Assembly: GCF_016432865.1 (NCBI RefSeq)
Contig: NC_067402.1
Location: 111,042,001-111,106,000 of the forward strand
Direction of reading: 5' to 3'
DNA: 64,000 nucleotides
From: Antechinus flavipes
Taxonomy: Eukaryota
Shown here: one piece after another, positions 61,785 through 64,000 of the stretch
Layout: the number at the start of each line of letters is the position of its first letter
Position numbering within the stretch: the stretch's first letter is position 1
Program-made: the position numbers and the translations under genes
The notes under the pieces: model-generated
What the model was told of the DNA's origin: nothing
Database searches by the model: none
What the model saw: only the letters and a program-made list of their open reading frames with translations

Positions 61785-64000
61785 AGGTAATTCATTGTAA
61801 GGAATATGCCATTTTATGATCCTTTATCTATTGAAATGGGTCTAAATCTCTCTCTCTTTTTTTTTTTCCCCAATTCTCTTTTTTAAATTTTTTCTTTTAA
61901 ATTTCTTTTAAATTTCAAGTCCAAAGATATCTGAATCTTTTATTCTTAATGTATTATCAGTGGGGATAACAAGTATCTAAAGCAAGATAGGGCAAAATAT
62001 TCATGATCAAGGATATATTAGCTCAAAGGCCTCATCATTGAGGCAACATAGACCCAGGATAATGCCTATTATTATTAATTATATTTTGTTGTTGAGTCCA
62101 AATCTCAGAGTCATAACAATTCTGGGATAACAGGGGCTTTGTCTATGGATGCTAAAATGGATAAAGTGATTATTGTACTTGGAATTAATAAATAATATAA
62201 TTAATTAAAATTAATAAACACAAATAAAATTGTATTAATACATTCAAAACAATTGAGATTGGCAACTATATTCCTTAGCTAGATTAGTTAATATAGAAAG
62301 CTACTAGAAGATATACTTCCTTTCCTGTTTTCAGAGCTCTCCCTAGCAATTGTCTCAGGTTTACCAGTGTCTTCTTTATCAATTGTATTTGCCTCTAGAA
62401 GCTGATTTGAGGGCATATTGTGTGCGCCTTGCCCTCAGTGCAAAAATCCTTGGTTATGGTTCTCCAAATCCATTTTGAGAAGACCCATAGTTCTAAAACA
62501 GTTTGAAAAAAGTGAGATCTGAAGCAAAACCAAGCTTGAACTGCAGTGAATGACAGAATTCTTAGAGGTTATTTTGTTCAAACATTTCATTTTTTAAAGA
62601 TGAAGAAACTGAGGCTCAAAGAGATTAGGGATTTGCTCAAAGCCACACAGCCAGCATGTAATTTAGGTCTATTGGACTCCAAATTCCATGCTCTACACTC
62701 ACTGAATTAGCCCACTCCACCACCCATCCTCCCTTTCCTGAGAACTCAGATTACTCAGTCAACACTTTCTTCTCTCAAATTCACAGCCTTTGTAACATAT
62801 TTTCATAGGTAAGTGCTTCATTGCTACCTTGCTTGCCACTTGTGCCCACATATTATCTTCTTGCTACGTTGTAAGTTCCTGGAGGATGGAGACCATGTTT
62901 TGTGTTTCTTTGTATCCCTGCCCCTCACCTATAGCACCTAGCTCAGGGCTTTGCGTGACTGCAATAGGTGCTCAGTAAGTCTTTGCTGGCTTCCAGAGAA
63001 TTGGAGAATAATGAAAATAAGAATCAGAACATCCAGTCCCCATCTACTGCTTTTCCAATCCCCTTGAGCAAATTGTATTTGTCCTTCTGTGTCTTTGGCA
63101 ATTAACTGTCCCATTTCATTTAGACCCTTGATCTCTGCAACCCAGCCAGAATACTGACTTCATTTATTGGACTTTGCCTTCCCTCTAAAGCCCACATTTG
63201 CTCTCTCCACATGTAGAGCTACTCACAGTTGTGTTCTTAGATAAATATTTATAACTGAGGGGAGTGAAAATTTATAACCGCTGGAAGAGCAGGACGGATG
63301 CCCAGTACATCTGACGCGGTTAAACTATGAGGTGGTCTGATGGTGGTCTAGCTTTTTATGGTCAGTGTGGATAAAGAAAAGGTATGATACTATCTCATTG
63401 GGGCATTTGGATGTCTCGAAGATGGCTCCTTCTCTCATATCATATAATTCTTTTCTGAGGTGGCCAGCTTTTGCAAGAAATCATTCAGCTATAAGATGTG
63501 ACTAATAAATTGCTGGACTTGGAATCCAGAAGACCTAAATTCAAAATCAATTAGCTTCAAAACCTTCCTAGTTATGTTAATTTGAACAAACCACATAATC
63601 TCTCTAAGCCTCAGCTTTCTCATCTGTAAAGTGGGACTAATACTATACATAGAACTTCCCTGACAGGATTATTGCAAGGACCAAATTGTATAATATATGG
63701 AAAGTATCTCACAAATGTAGAAGTGTTAAAAAATTATAATATGCCAGCTACTTCTATCATTTATCAAGAGCATCTTCTATTTTATAGCTTAGTACAATGC
63801 CTAGCATGTAGTAAGTTCTTAATAAATGTTTATTGATTGATTTATTCATTGAGTTTATATAGTATACAGTCCCAGGACAGGTTGATAGTTATTATTTATT
63901 TATATTTAATATTTAGTGGACTATTGTGGAAATGGATAAAAAGATTTAAAAAAAATAATTTAATAAAAGTATTGTGATGCATCTGCATCTTTTGTAGGCT

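Noticed and set aside
63280-63330. Small CpG cluster (aaccgc, ggacgg, tgacgcgg)
   Set aside because: Only four CpGs, all frames close quickly and there is no consistent motif set.
1-64000. CRISPR arrays, tRNA/rRNA/snRNA genes, prokaryote-type systems
   Set aside because: None seen; the tRNA-like heads present are SINE 5' regions and the DNA is clearly mammalian.

Overview
Vertebrate, repeat-rich (about 40% GC, CpG-poor) genomic DNA. The repeat set points to a marsupial, probably a dasyurid (Tasmanian devil/dunnart/antechinus group; inference): WSINE1-like and MAR1-like CORE-SINEs, MIR, L2, CR1/L3, marsupial L1 3' ends and hAT MITEs. There is a 140-N assembly gap at 27605-27744. I recognise no protein-coding gene, tRNA, rRNA or CRISPR array. 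The supplied ORFs are short, and those I could trace lie in microsatellites or decayed repeats or match no protein I recognise. The window looks intronic or intergenic. Most notable observations: (1) a short L1 insertion whose 14-bp target-site duplication encloses extra non-L1 sequence and a second poly(A), i.e. a likely 3' transduction (61590-61798); (2) a pair of about 160-bp inverted arms with extra internal copies (728-2095); (3) a CpG-enriched island with a near-perfect RFX X-box (8035-8048), plus a second X-box overlapping a Kozak ATG in an exon-like segment (17083-17156); (4) two independent SINE insertions at the same position of two copies of one L1 subfamily; (5) a cluster of four RCGTG (HIF/AhR-type) motifs at 57294-57376. 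Repeat family names come from recall of consensus sequences, not from a database search. Repeat boundaries without a TSD are approximate.
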